The notes beneath the pieces were generated by a model. That model saw only the letters and a program-made list of their open reading frames with translations, was not told the origin of the DNA and did not search any database. From assembly GCA_023213395.1 (NCBI GenBank), contig CM041465.1, positions 181,605,741 to 181,669,740 of the forward strand: a DNA stretch of 64,000 nt, written 5' to 3'. This document shows positions 39,701-51,879 of this stretch, piece after piece (the stretch's first letter is position 1; each line of letters begins with the position of its first letter). The DNA comes from Cycas panzhihuaensis (lineage: Eukaryota; Plantae; Cycadophyta). A program made the translations under genes and the position numbers.

Positions 39701-39825
39701 TGACGCATGGACGCCCTGTGCAGGTGTTTCCCTTCACTTGTAGGATTGACTCTTTATTTCGGAGCCTTTCGTTGACTAACCTAGTCCTAACTAGATGTAG
39801 TTACCATCCCATAGATGTGATTCTA
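36710..39825 (+). repeat. 3' LTR of the Tat-like element (~3.1 kb)
   Basis: Follows the PPT and starts TGTTTCC. Ends ...GATGTGATTCTA (decayed CA terminus) followed by the TSD CCAAT. Confidence 0.85.
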
Positions 39826-40762
39826 CCAATGTTACTTGTATTTGCATACATCATCTTCTTTTTTTAATTTATATACCAAATTCTACAAACACCCTTTTAT
39901 AAAATGTAACAAAAATATTGGTTAACTACCAATTTGCAATTACTAGGGAAATTAGTTTGTGGTTTGCATTTGACATGTAAAAGAACATTTAAATGAAAAT
40001 GTGGACATTAAATTCCAACCTTGCATCCAAGTATAATTATTGTCACTAAGATGACATTGTTAAAGTACATTGAATTTGTTGTCATAAACAGTTCATTAAT
40101 GGTGAAGGATTTTGAGATTGTTATCATTCTAAACACTCTTAACTTCAATTGAGAATTAGGTTTTCTACTCTAACATATTTGTTAACTAATTTTTTCCTTG
40201 TGGTCACCTCTCTTCAATAAATTTAATATACTCACAAATATACACATATACATATACATGTTAAAATGATGTTTAGTCTGCATGATAAGTGGATTAATGG
40301 TTTTGTTTCTAGAAATTACACTTATAACTTATCTATTCAATTTGTTGTAACTCTTTGTTAAAATCTCATTTATGCATCTACATACACCTCATAAGTTTCA
40401 ATGTTTCTACATATTTTTCATTCGTGAAGGTTGTATTCATATGTCCGTACTCATGAATAAAAATAAAGACATTAAAACATGATTTAAATTTCTACAAATT
40501 TTTACCTAACAATTTTCTAACTACACACAATCACCCAAAACATGGATAATACAACATGTGTGCAAATAAAAACCAAACGACCTCTCTGAATCCCCACCAT
40601 GCTTCTGGCCATTATGCATTTGCGTTCGCGCTTCATAGAGGAGGAGGAAGCATCGAATTGAGTAGGGTCAGATAAAAGGACCTTAAGAAAAGGGTACCTC
40701 CAACAAGAACACCGTTGTGGATATACCGGTCTGTCCCAACTTTTGGGGACGAGGAGATGGTT

Positions 40763-42372
40763 TTAGAGAGTAACTTTTCTCAAATGCAGTCGGCCAAGGA
40801 AGTTGTTATCCAGGTTCCCTAAGTACAGATAATCTCCCAACTCCATAGCCGATGTTACAAATGACAAAACCTTCCCATCTGGGTCTTCCAAGCTTCTAAT
40901 GGGTCCGCCGTCCTCCCCTACTTTGAGCACCATTGCCCTTCTCTGCAAAAATCCCATCCACTTCAGCAACTTGGGATACTCTGCAAATACCCGCTTCAGA
41001 AATGGGTGTCTGTACACAAATTCCAGCTTCTCCGACCGTATCTGTTCAATACGTAAATAATTCAATTCAGTTACCGAGTTTTCTTACAATTTTATATTAA
41101 CAAAAAATTAAATAAATGATATATATATAGCTTATTATGAGTACTCACAGGTACAAGCGCTATCCAAAATGACCCATCGCCGGCAAGATGTACGTTGTCA
41201 GGACCCAAGGGCAAATTGTCGATGAAGATCTCAGTTTCTCCAGTCTTATCCCCTTTTAACCAGTGCTTCAAGCACCTGAATCTGTGGACGATGGGACCGT
41301 CTGATTAGTTTCTAGTATCGAACAAGCAGACCAATTTGGGGGTGGGGGAACGGAAAAATCAAATAAGAAGGTATGCATACTTCCATGTCTCACAGACAAC
41401 GAGGAAATCTTGGTCGGACGAAAGGGCAACGCCATTCGCAAAGGCAAGCTTGTCCAGCAAAATGCTGGTCGTTCCAGTTGTGGGATCATATTTCAGAAGA
41501 CGACCGTAGGCTTTTGCTTCAAGAACATCCAATTCCCATTGCTCGTACCCAAACTCGGTGCTCACATCGGAAAAATATATGGTGCCATCGGTAGCCTCCA
41601 CCACTGCATCCGCAAACCTGCACGGCAATATCTCTGTAGCTTCATATATTCCATTCCTGTCCGATCGCATTCCTTCGTTACCCTTAAATTTCCAGTACAT
41701 GAGCTGCAATATACATTTATATGAGGAATGGGTATTTGATTTAATCAACCTGATTTTAGCGCCTTCGATTTCAGAGGCCAAAACGGAGATCTCTTCGTCG
41801 CCGACGCTCAGCAGACCCTGCAGGACGGTCGTTATGTTGTATTAAATAATTTATTTGGTTCTCATGGATTTGGATTTATTGAAACCGAGAACCGCAAACC
41901 TGGGTGGGTTCACAAACAAGGACTTCTCCGCTTTTGGAAACTGTCAGTCCCAGAGGAGTTCCACCGATCGTCTTCCAGTTCTCCCAGGATCCGTTCCCAT
42001 GCATTCGTTTGATCCAGCCATCTTGAGTGGTGACATAAATAACCCCCTGTGCGTCCACCGCCACGTCTTCTGGTCTATCAACGACGCCTTCTCCCAATTT
42101 CTCGGCACTCTGAAGCCCCAAAAAAAAAGAAAAAAAATCCACCTAAGAAATCCAGAATGGAGAAAAATGATTTGAGCATGAAAAATTGCCCGTTTTACCT
42201 GTAAGACAGTGTTGACAGCATAGGATCCTTCCGGCTTGGGGGAGGGCGGCAGCAAGAGTGGGTCTGGAGAAATCGGGGACATCATTAAAATGTGGAGAAA
42301 CAGAGCCACCAAGGGAACTGCGATAATGGCTGCCGCCAACAGACCGCTGTTAGAACGAGGTCGGGAATCCAT
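40763..42372 (-). CDS. SSL: Strictosidine synthase-like protein (SSL4-7 / hemomucin / APMAP-like six-bladed beta-propeller), 366 aa, 6 exons
   Basis: Exons 42372-42199, 42109-41900, 41817-41750, 41617-41381, 41281-41149 and 41041-40763 total 1101 nt. All introns are GT-AG and the frame is preserved. N-terminal hydrophobic anchor; motifs PEDV, GWIKR, PLGL, FADAV, IYFSD, GRLLKYDP, FANGVALS, PDNV, FWIAL, LYLG. Confidence 0.96.
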
Positions 42373-44542
42373 TAATGGGTTATCTTCTTTGCACAGAGTC
42401 ACTGCTGCTCGAATGTCTTGGTGTTGCAGATTGATCGGCGTGGTGTCGGTGTGCAGGGTGTTCCTCCAAAAAACCAATTGGGATACGGAAATTGCAGTAC
42501 TTTCGACGTGGGGACGAACGTCGACCATCGATTGGGGTAAGGTCCAGAGAAACTTATCCTTATGGAGTCTACCTAAAATGTCTTGGTTAAACTGTCACCA
42601 ATAGGGACGTAAACTTCAGATGGAGGACATCCAAATGACCGCCATGGTAAAAGCGAGACTTCACCATAATTGAAAGTAGAATCGTACCACAATTGGTAGA
42701 TCATTCCATACACAATGGGAGGCTCAAATTCCTAGGAGAACCTCCCAAGCCTCTCACCAGAGTCGTTTATTAATTATTACAATCTCGTCAATGTCACTCG
42801 AGGGTATTTTTATAAAGCTAGAGCGCATGCATTGAACTTAGTAGTCATGGTTGTCTTGTATCTATCTATCGTTAAGGCATCACTCTAAACGTGACTTAAT
42901 GTTGACTCGTGAAGGCTACGCATTTGTAATTTGATTTTGATAATCTCCATATAATTATAAAGGAGTACGAAGTTATACTAATAATTAAACAAATATGAAT
43001 GCACGATAACTCTCTTATAAATATTTTTTGTAAATTTAATTTGATAATTTTTATATAATCATGTTATCAATATTTTCTAATCAATTGAGAGGTAGGCTAT
43101 GTTAAGGAAATATATATTTGAGATTTTAATTATGGGTCCCACACTTTAGTAATAAATAATATAAAAGAAAAGAAGAGAAGGTAAAATATATACCTTACAA
43201 GTACTAACCTTCTATGTCACATGCTTGGAGTTATTTGTTTGAGGTATAGTCTTATTTTGTCTCTAAGCTTTAATTATCTACAAACATAAAGCAAGACATT
43301 AGAATGTACAAACAACACTTATTTTCTTTGCTAGGGTTAGTTATGTTGCCTAACTTATACAATTAGTAAATATTCTATAATAGATAATAACACAATATTC
43401 ATAAATAGATAAGTATAAATGGAGTTGAAGTTGATGGTTGAGCAGCCATGTTTTTATCAAGAATAAATGTTTATATGGAAAAAACATGCAAATTACAAAT
43501 AAGCTTACTTTAACCACTTGTAGACAGTGTTAATGTCACATGAATGGAAAGCTTCCCCCTTTAGATATACTGGCTAATTATAAAATAGACACCTATGGGT
43601 AGTCACAAGTTCTCCTTCCTTTGAGGGATATAATCCATATGAAAGTGTGGTTTCCTTAGATAGGACAATTATAATTCAATATTTTGATTTAAACAAGCTA
43701 TTATAGCCACCTCGAAAGGTTTCAACAAAATAAATAGGTCATTAAGGAGATAAAATTAGATCTAAGACACATTCTTCTTCCTCTTATTCTTGAAATCACC
43801 TTCTTTAGAAAAAGGTACTTATTTTCTCTTTTACCAAACATCTAAAGACAAAAACTATAATAGAAGAAATAGGTCTATGTATGTTTATTATAATTTCAAA
43901 GTCACACATAAATTTGGTCATGACAATTAGGATTATATAAATATCATATTTGGGTAATAATGAAGTTGACTTATTATGCAAATTTTTTGTTGATTATAAA
44001 ATATTCTAAAACACTATATGTTTTTAGGAAAATGCTACTAATTTTTAAGTCATTAAAATAGCCTAAAACTTAGCCAAAACTAATTAGTATCTCTTAGATA
44101 TTAGCCACTTCTCTACAAACTCTAGAATCCATTTTATTATTATAAGGGTGTTTGTTTAAGCGATAATATTTTGCCCCTTAGTGGTTGAGGTGCCAAAGAT
44201 GTAAAACTTTATAAATGGACGAAATATCACTATAAATGAGTTATAAATATGATGCCTATTTCATAATATAAACTATATACTTACAATCTATTATTATTAA
44301 CTAACCTCTACCACTAATACTAGTTCCAAAGTATGTGTATATGATGACTCTCTACTTATGGTTAAGGAAGCAAAATAAATATAAGATGTATAAAAAGGAA
44401 TAGAGAAAGGCCTAAATGGGTATGGATATGTCCCACTCCCATAGGCAAATGCATATGATGATCTCCTATCAAAATGATGAATAATAATAGAACCTCACGA
44501 TATCTCAAAGTAATCAATATAATTAGTGAAGAGATCACATTA

Positions 44543-47500
44543 TGTTAGCATGGTAGTTAATGCTAAGCCACATGGTTAATGTAAAATGTGGATTAGTTAA
44601 TGTAAAATCAATAGATGCAAATATTTCAGAGGATTACAACCATTAAGGTTGGATGTACCATTTGGAAAATTATAAATGACTTTGGAGTCTATTGTAAGAT
44701 CATCCAAGTATTATCAATGTGATCTATTAATCTTTTATAGTGGATTTTTTCCCAAAAGGATTTCTTATATAAAACCCATATATTATGTACATGTACTCTT
44801 TGATGATTACTTGTTATGTGTGATCAAGATCATGTAATTTAGAATATATACATGTTTCATAGTTCTTTATATAGTATCAAAGTTGAATGAATGTACATAG
44901 CTAAGGCTATGGTTAGGTGGAGGCGATAAGATCGAAGGCTACTTGGTAACACTAGTGAGAGCTCTATTTGTGGCAATTTTGATCTTCTATGACAACTAAA
45001 AGAATGACACAAATATTGAATGGTGATTAAGAAGGTGCAATTCACCTAACAATGGAATTTTATTACTACTTGTGATAAAAAATTAGTGTTGGGTGCTATC
45101 TGGACTATGTTGGGCTTGTGATTGAAGCTTTCAAAGGCTAATTAGGCATGTTAGGCAATTCCATATGCTTGCTAGTTAACATCTAAAGGTGATTCGATAG
45201 TGGTAGGTTGCATTGGGCTCATTCTTAGGGCATTAAACTATATTTAAAGGTTCTTTAGATATATTGGGTATCAAATCTTATACATAGACAACAAAGATAT
45301 TATTGTCATCTTCTATGGGTATGATTGGATCCATTTAAGGAGTTTTTCCATCTTGTGTTTGTGGTGCGGTAATGCATTCTATTATATATGATGCTTGTTT
45401 TGTAGTTGATTCTCTTGTTTAAAGGCTATTAGTCTGTTTATACCAATGGAAATGCTAGCATGGTGAACCATGATTTATTGGAGATGTAGTGATTTATAAT
45501 CAAGTTTATATTGTTCTCTAAGTTTAAAAACCTTGGCTTATGATCATAATTATTAATTGCTCATCTTTACTTATTTTGAAAAGTAACATATACCTTAAAA
45601 GTTGTGCTCATGTCTCTTTAGAGGAAGTCATTGCATGTTGGAGTAAAAAATTCTTAATTGATAAGTAATTTAATCATTGGATAAAAGCATGAATTTGAAG
45701 TATTAAGGAATGGAGATGATTCAGAGTATATTGGAAGCCATGCAAAGTAATTTAGAGCTTATTTATTACTCATTTGGAGGTTGTGTTCATTACACAAAAC
45801 CACAAGAAAAACACTTTGATGTCATAAAAATCTATGGCAAAATTATATGCAGATTAGTTATGTTGAAGGCTCATTCTAATATGGAGATGTCATATAATGA
45901 TTCTACTTGATGAGTGCTCATTTTAAAACTTATTTAGAATGTGAATACTTATTGTAGTGGAGTGTGTTGTGTGCATTTATGAGCCATTATGAGTGGCGTA
46001 ATGGTTTATATATGTATCATATTAAGTGATAATGTTATGCTTGTTATTTACTTAAAAGCACATGAATAAGTGAATTAATATGATAATTCTATTTAAAATA
46101 TCATGATACATATAAGGGGTAGTGTTATGTATTTGGAGAGTATGAAGTTATGTATGGAGCATAGAGACCATACATATAAACTGTGAGGTATGTAATATGT
46201 GAAACCATCATAAAGTGTGAAGCCCATATATGAAGCATAAAAGTCATATTTGAAGCATTGGAGTGTTGCCTTAGAGTATTTGAAGGTATATGAGCCTTTG
46301 AAATATTATCAAGACTCATGTCTCAAGTCATTGTAAAACCATTCAAGATCTAGATTGTGTGGCATGCAAAAGAAGCCATTTTGGGAAGCCTTTACATAGT
46401 TCTAAGAGAAAGCACTAAGCCTATATATAAGTGCAAAGTTTTTTGCAAAGGCATGACATGGAGAGAAGTCATAGAAGAAACAAATTTAAGGTGCCTTCTA
46501 GAGTTATTTAAAGGAGACTTAAATAACTGTTGATAGGAGTCATTTAAAGGAGATTTAAATGAGTGACGTTATAGTTATAGGGTAAAGAAACTATCATTAA
46601 CTTTGGATCAAATAATACTCATTCATGACTTGAATTGAGTACATCAATATAAGATTTATGTTAGTTTGGAAACTTAGTAAAATTATCCTTGAGGAGGGTG
46701 GGGAGGATGTGTCAAATACAAATAAGATAAGAAGGATCAAATCCCCACTTCTACATTAAGGGGGGATGTTAGAGTGGCAATTAATATTAACTACTTATGG
46801 TTAATTCTAAGTGGTGATTATTTAATATTAAGTTAGAAGACATGAATACCAAGAGTTGCAACCATTGGTTAATTCACCATTTGGGGTGTTATATAAACCC
46901 CTAGGTGGCATTTGCAATATAGGTCAACCGTATTAAGGAAGATGTTCCAATTAAGGTTGGAATAAAGATACTCAACCATTTTTCCTATGTGAGTTTTTTC
47001 CTAAAAGTGTTTTGCCATATTAAACTTGTGTACTATATACCTATGCTCTTTTATATTTGCTTGCATATGTATGATCAAGATCCTTGATGTTAAAAAATGT
47101 ATGATTTTATAATTTTATATTTTTTCATAGACAACAGGTAGGGAGATTTATCTATTTAAATCTTACTAGGATGGGTATTATTTATATTGGTGAATTAGTG
47201 TCTCATTATATGTAGAATCCTTAGGAGCTATATTGGGTTATAACAAAGTAGATTTTAAGATATTTAAAGCAAACTCTTAATCTTAGTATGGAGTATTTTT
47301 GCAATGGAGATATAAAATTGCGTGGCTACACTGATGCAGATTAGGGAGGAGACTGTAACGATTAGAAATCCACTACTAGACATGTGTTTGGTATTGGAAA
47401 TGGATTTGTATCATGGAAATCAAAGAAAGAACATGCAATGGTAATATCTTCTTTAGAGGCAGAGTACGAAGGACTTAATTTTAGTATAAGAGACATTTTA

Positions 47501-48204
47501 TGGTTATAAGGACTTTTAGATATCCTTAGTATATCTTATAACACCCTAATTATTTTAGTCATTAACCAAAACATTGTTCACTTATCAAATAATCCAAAGT
47601 TTCATGTACATATAAAGCATATTAAAATCTAACACCATTGCATAAGTAAACTGATCAAAGTAGGAAAATTACAAATGAACTTTTGCCTGAGTGAGAAGTA
47701 ACTTACATAAGTATTTACCAAAGCACTTACTGAAGATTAATTCCCCAAGACTCATACCATATTAGGACATAGAACAATTATCTTTGAGGAGAGATGTATT
47801 AGTAAGGATAGTTCTATCCCTCATTGGTGATATCAAACTATAGATGGAATCCCCACATTCACATCAAGGGAGGATAGTAGGATGGCAGTTATTATTAAGC
47901 TACAAGGTTAATGTTAAATATATATTAGTTAATACAAAATTAAATGGTATGAATATTTCAGAGGATCATAACCATTCAAGTAGATGTACTATTTAAGGGA
48001 TTATAAATGACCCCATAGTCCATTATAAATCATCCATGTATTATTAATATGATCTATTGATCTTTTGTAATGAGTTTTTACCCAAAAAGGTTTCCCATAT
48101 AAAACTTGTGTAGTATGGTGTACACGTGGTCTTTGATCATTGCTTATTGTGTATGATCAAGATCTTGTAATTCAGAATACATATATATTTCATGTTTCTT
48201 CACA
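44543..48204 (+). mobile_element. Non-autonomous Copia-type element with three LTR-like units
   Basis: 5' LTR 44543-44871 plus PBS TAGTATCAAAGT (44872-44883); PPT AAGGGAGGA plus 3' LTR 47875-48204; TSD CATTA/TATTA; internal PPT plus LTR at 46767-47136; RNase H remnant. Confidence 0.75.
47318..47790 (+). pseudogene. Ty1/copia RNase H remnant
   Basis: LRGYTDAD*GGDCND*KSTTRHVFGIGNGFVSWKSKKE...EAEY...NPKFHVHIKHI...VFTKAL. Confidence 0.88.
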
Positions 48205-50613
48205 TATTATGATATGGTATTTGAAGCTCTTATTAAATTTATTGCACTATATCTTGGATGATATCTTAGGATCACTAAATCAATCCTATTTAGAAAATCA
48301 TGTACTAATGTATTTAGAAGACACCTAAAGGTGTCATAACATAAAACTAAACTCTTATTTGACATTAGCCAATGTCATATATTAGTATGAATGGAGGACA
48401 TTAGTGTGTATGATATGATATAATTAGTATTGATGAATGATACCAACCAGTGTGTAATGTTATAACTAGTCCTAATGACTTCTTTAGATTCACCTTTAAA
48501 GAGTTATTAATACTAAAGAAACCTTTAGATCCCTCTAAACAATTACTAGACTATGATAATAGTGAAACAAATCCCCATATAGGATGGGAAGGAAGCTAAC
48601 TCTATGGTATATACAATGTTAGTTTAAGAGGGGGTCCTTTTGGAGTTAGTAGACAAAAGGCCCTAACCATAGTACCTTACAATATAGAGGCCCAATTTAG
48701 CTAAGGTTAGTATGTTGGTACGATCTAATATACACTTCATATTATATTGACATATATGAAACTAGCTTAGAGAATTGATTTATGCCTTAACTTAATGCAA
48801 ATTATATAAACTCTCTTAGTGATCTTAACCCATGAATTGGCAAGATGTGATATAATAGAAACTGGGCTTCTATGTATTAGGCATAAGAAGTTGACTGAAT
48901 AGAAAATGACAAGAAAAGAAAGGAAAGAAAATTCTATTATGCTTTATGACTCATCCACCTAGGATATTGGATGTTATATCATATGAGATATTTATTACTA
49001 CATATGTTAAACATGTCATACCATGTCACATGATGCTAGATATGATAATGTTGGGTATTACAAATCATGTTATTATTTTATTCACATGGGTCACATATGA
49101 TGGATGTTGACATTGTAATTATTGTTTATGATGCCCCTCGAAACATGATGTCTTGAGATATAGTATAAATGAAATAACTTACTAATCGATAATGTATTTC
49201 TGTATTTGTTTCTTTTCATTCCTTTTTATCCACCTAAGATTTTTTTAAGGCCATCTTGCCTCTTATACCTTTATTCTTTTTTTTGAAGGTCCACAATGTA
49301 AGAATTTTAACTCTTCTACCTATTTTTATTATAAACTTATACTTTAGTTAAGGGGATGTGAAAATTTTGAATAGGATCTATGAAATATGAGAAGGAAGTA
49401 AAGATCTACCCTTAATATAATGTGGTAGATTGTGACTCTTAATAAGAAGGTTTTCAACGTGAAGAGAAAATAGATAGAGTTACCCATTAGCTTTGGGGAT
49501 CATCTAGTGTATAGTACATATTCTAGGGAAGCTAGGGGACTAGAAAGGCTCTAGTAACACTATACCATCCTAATTGATTCAAGTTCATCTATGTGGAGTG
49601 AAATATGGCTTAGGTATAACGTGAAAGATGTAGGATGTCCTAAATATTAGTTTATAAGAGAAGGTAGATAGAAGTATGAGAAATAAATGGAAGAGAATAA
49701 GGGAATCCTAACATAACATGAATCTACTCTCCTAATAAAGAAAAACATATGAATATTAGTTTTATAATAATTACATTTAGGCTTTAGTAGGACTATTCAC
49801 ACTATGCCCTCTATGTAGGTTATAGTATTTGATGTTACATGCCTTAAACCAAGTGAGGATGTAGAACCTACCTAAACAACATACCATCACTCAACATAGA
49901 TGGTGAAAATATAAAAGGATGAAGAAAATATATTAGAATTCTAAAGAAAGGAAAGTGAATATTATTTATGCTTATACCTCCACTCCCTTTGTTTAATTAA
50001 GGGAAGAAGATAGGATGGGGGGTTTTCTCTTGTGCCTCCTATTTTTTGTGTATTCAAAGTACAAGATACAAAGACCTTAATATGAAGAGTCTTTATATAA
50101 AGATATTGAGCTAGTAGTATTAGCTATATATTTCTTTCCTATGAAGAGAACATTATGGCACAAATAATGAAGAGAATGCATGCCTTCTAATTATTTAGTA
50201 GTGTTTAAATATAATTAATTTTCTAACTTTACTTAGGATAAGTTTAAGGAGTATGAATTTGATAGATGTGGTATAAATTATATTAGATCTGTAGGTAGCT
50301 TTGAGTTACAGATCTAATTCATTCCATCTAGATTTATAAGATGTAGCTCTGAGTTATGGATTTAATTCATTCCAAAGGTATAAATTGATGATAAATCAAT
50401 CATATCCTTTGAACAGAGAAAACCTAATTAGATTCAATTTAAAGTAAGAAGAATTAATAAAAGAGATCAACATTGTAGAAATAACATGCTTACAAATTGA
50501 AATATATGTTAGGATTCAAAAAAATCCCATTTAATGAACCATGGACTATGATGCCCTTTTGGAAATATGAGAGAATTAGAGCAATGACTAGTAAGTAAAT
50601 AAGATAAATGACA

Positions 50614-51223
50614 TTGACCTAGATTAGAGATATAAAACCCACATAAATGATGTCAAGGAGATGCTCAAGAGAAGAACTAAAGTCCAAATGATCCATACCT
50701 GTAGAGACAGCAATGGGGTTGCTGATAGGTTGGCCAACTGGGGTGTTTAAACTAAAGGGTACGAATGTTGGAAAGATATGATCCCTGGGGGGATTCTAGC
50801 TTTGGTGAGGAAGGACATAGAAGGTCTTAATAACAGATAGGTTTTGCCCTGAGTATGTTGAGACAATTACATCTAGCCATTAGGCTTGTTGATGGTATAG
50901 GAGGGTATGTAGACGAGATTAGACACAGGTTCCAGCTAGGCCGTCGGCTTGTCACGATAATTTCTTGGGGCTCGAGTGGCAGCTGATATAAGGGGTAGGG
51001 GTCCCCTCCAAAACCCCCTTGGTTTTGCCTTGGGTGTTGGGGTAGTCATTGCTAGCCATCAACCATATCAATGGCATGGGAGGGCATGTAGTTGGGTTTA
51101 GACACGGGTTCTAGCTAGGCCATGGGCTTATCACAGTAGTTTCTCGTGGCCTGAGTGGTAGTTGTTGTATGGGGTTGGAGCCCCCTCCAAAACCCCCCTT
51201 AATTTAAACCTTATATAAAAAAA
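50614..51223 (+). mobile_element. 5'-truncated L1 (RNase H C-terminus, 3' UTR and poly-A) inserted in a Copia LTR
   Basis: DVKEMLKRRTKVQMIHTCRDSNGVADRLANWGV is homologous to the end of the L1 ORF2. TSD AAGATAAATGACA (50601-50613) / AAGAGAAATGACA (51224-51236). The empty site is visible in copy A near 10470. Confidence 0.9.
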
Positions 51224-51879
51224 AAGAGAAATGACAAAAATATAATTGCACAATGATTTGCAAAACATAATCTTGTATTCGATCATAAATGAGTATAATG
51301 GCTCATAGTATATCCTCCTTACATTAATGCATCAATTTAATTACTACATACTAAATCCCCTTATTGAGAGTAAGACCACTCCTTACATTAGTGTAAGATA
51401 AGAATAAAAATGCATAATAAAGAAACATTAAGGTACAACTGTACAAGAAGGAAACATCAAGGTAAAACTCATGCATGCTCTTGCATGGTAGAAGAGAAAT
51501 ATAAAAACATACTTCTCTAAGGAATCTACCTAATGTAATTCATTAGTTAATATAAGTAAGAATTAGATATTACTTTTAACACCTACTCATAATATATAAT
51601 TCATTATATATCATATATAAGATATTTTTTATCTTCTCAAGACTCAATGCCTTAGTGAGATTATCAACAATTTAAACCTCAGTGGGATAATAGACCAACT
51701 TCACTATCCACCATGTCTAACTAGTTTGTGTTGGCTATTATCACATAAAATAATAGATTGGTTATGACTATCGTTGAGTTCACTTAGGCATTCTTTATAA
51801 ATAATACTAAATAAAAAAACATTCTCATCATCTATAGATAAAGCTATAGATTTCTTGTCTTTCTTCTAATTTGCTTTCT

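Larger units (their letters stand above)
27586..39825 (+). mobile_element. Tat-like Ty3/gypsy LTR retrotransposon, non-autonomous (gag-PR, antisense PMD, aRH; no RT or INT seen)
   Basis: Two long LTRs starting TGTTTCC (27586, 36710); PPT AAGGGGGCAG at 36700-36709; TSD CCAGT (27581-27585) / CCAAT (39826-39830). The right end is supported by similarity to the end of the solo LTR at 59789. Confidence 0.88.
45040..51878 (+). repeat. Segmental duplication copy B (direct repeat of 5590-11170)
   Basis: Same order of unrelated TE fragments and the same junctions as copy A. Confidence 0.9.

Noticed and set aside
39334-39867. 177-aa ORF as a host gene
   Set aside because: It lies within the 3' LTR, has no recognisable domain and runs across the LTR boundary.
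41373-42604. Plus-strand ORFs overlapping SSL
   Set aside because: These are antisense shadows of GC-rich coding exons.
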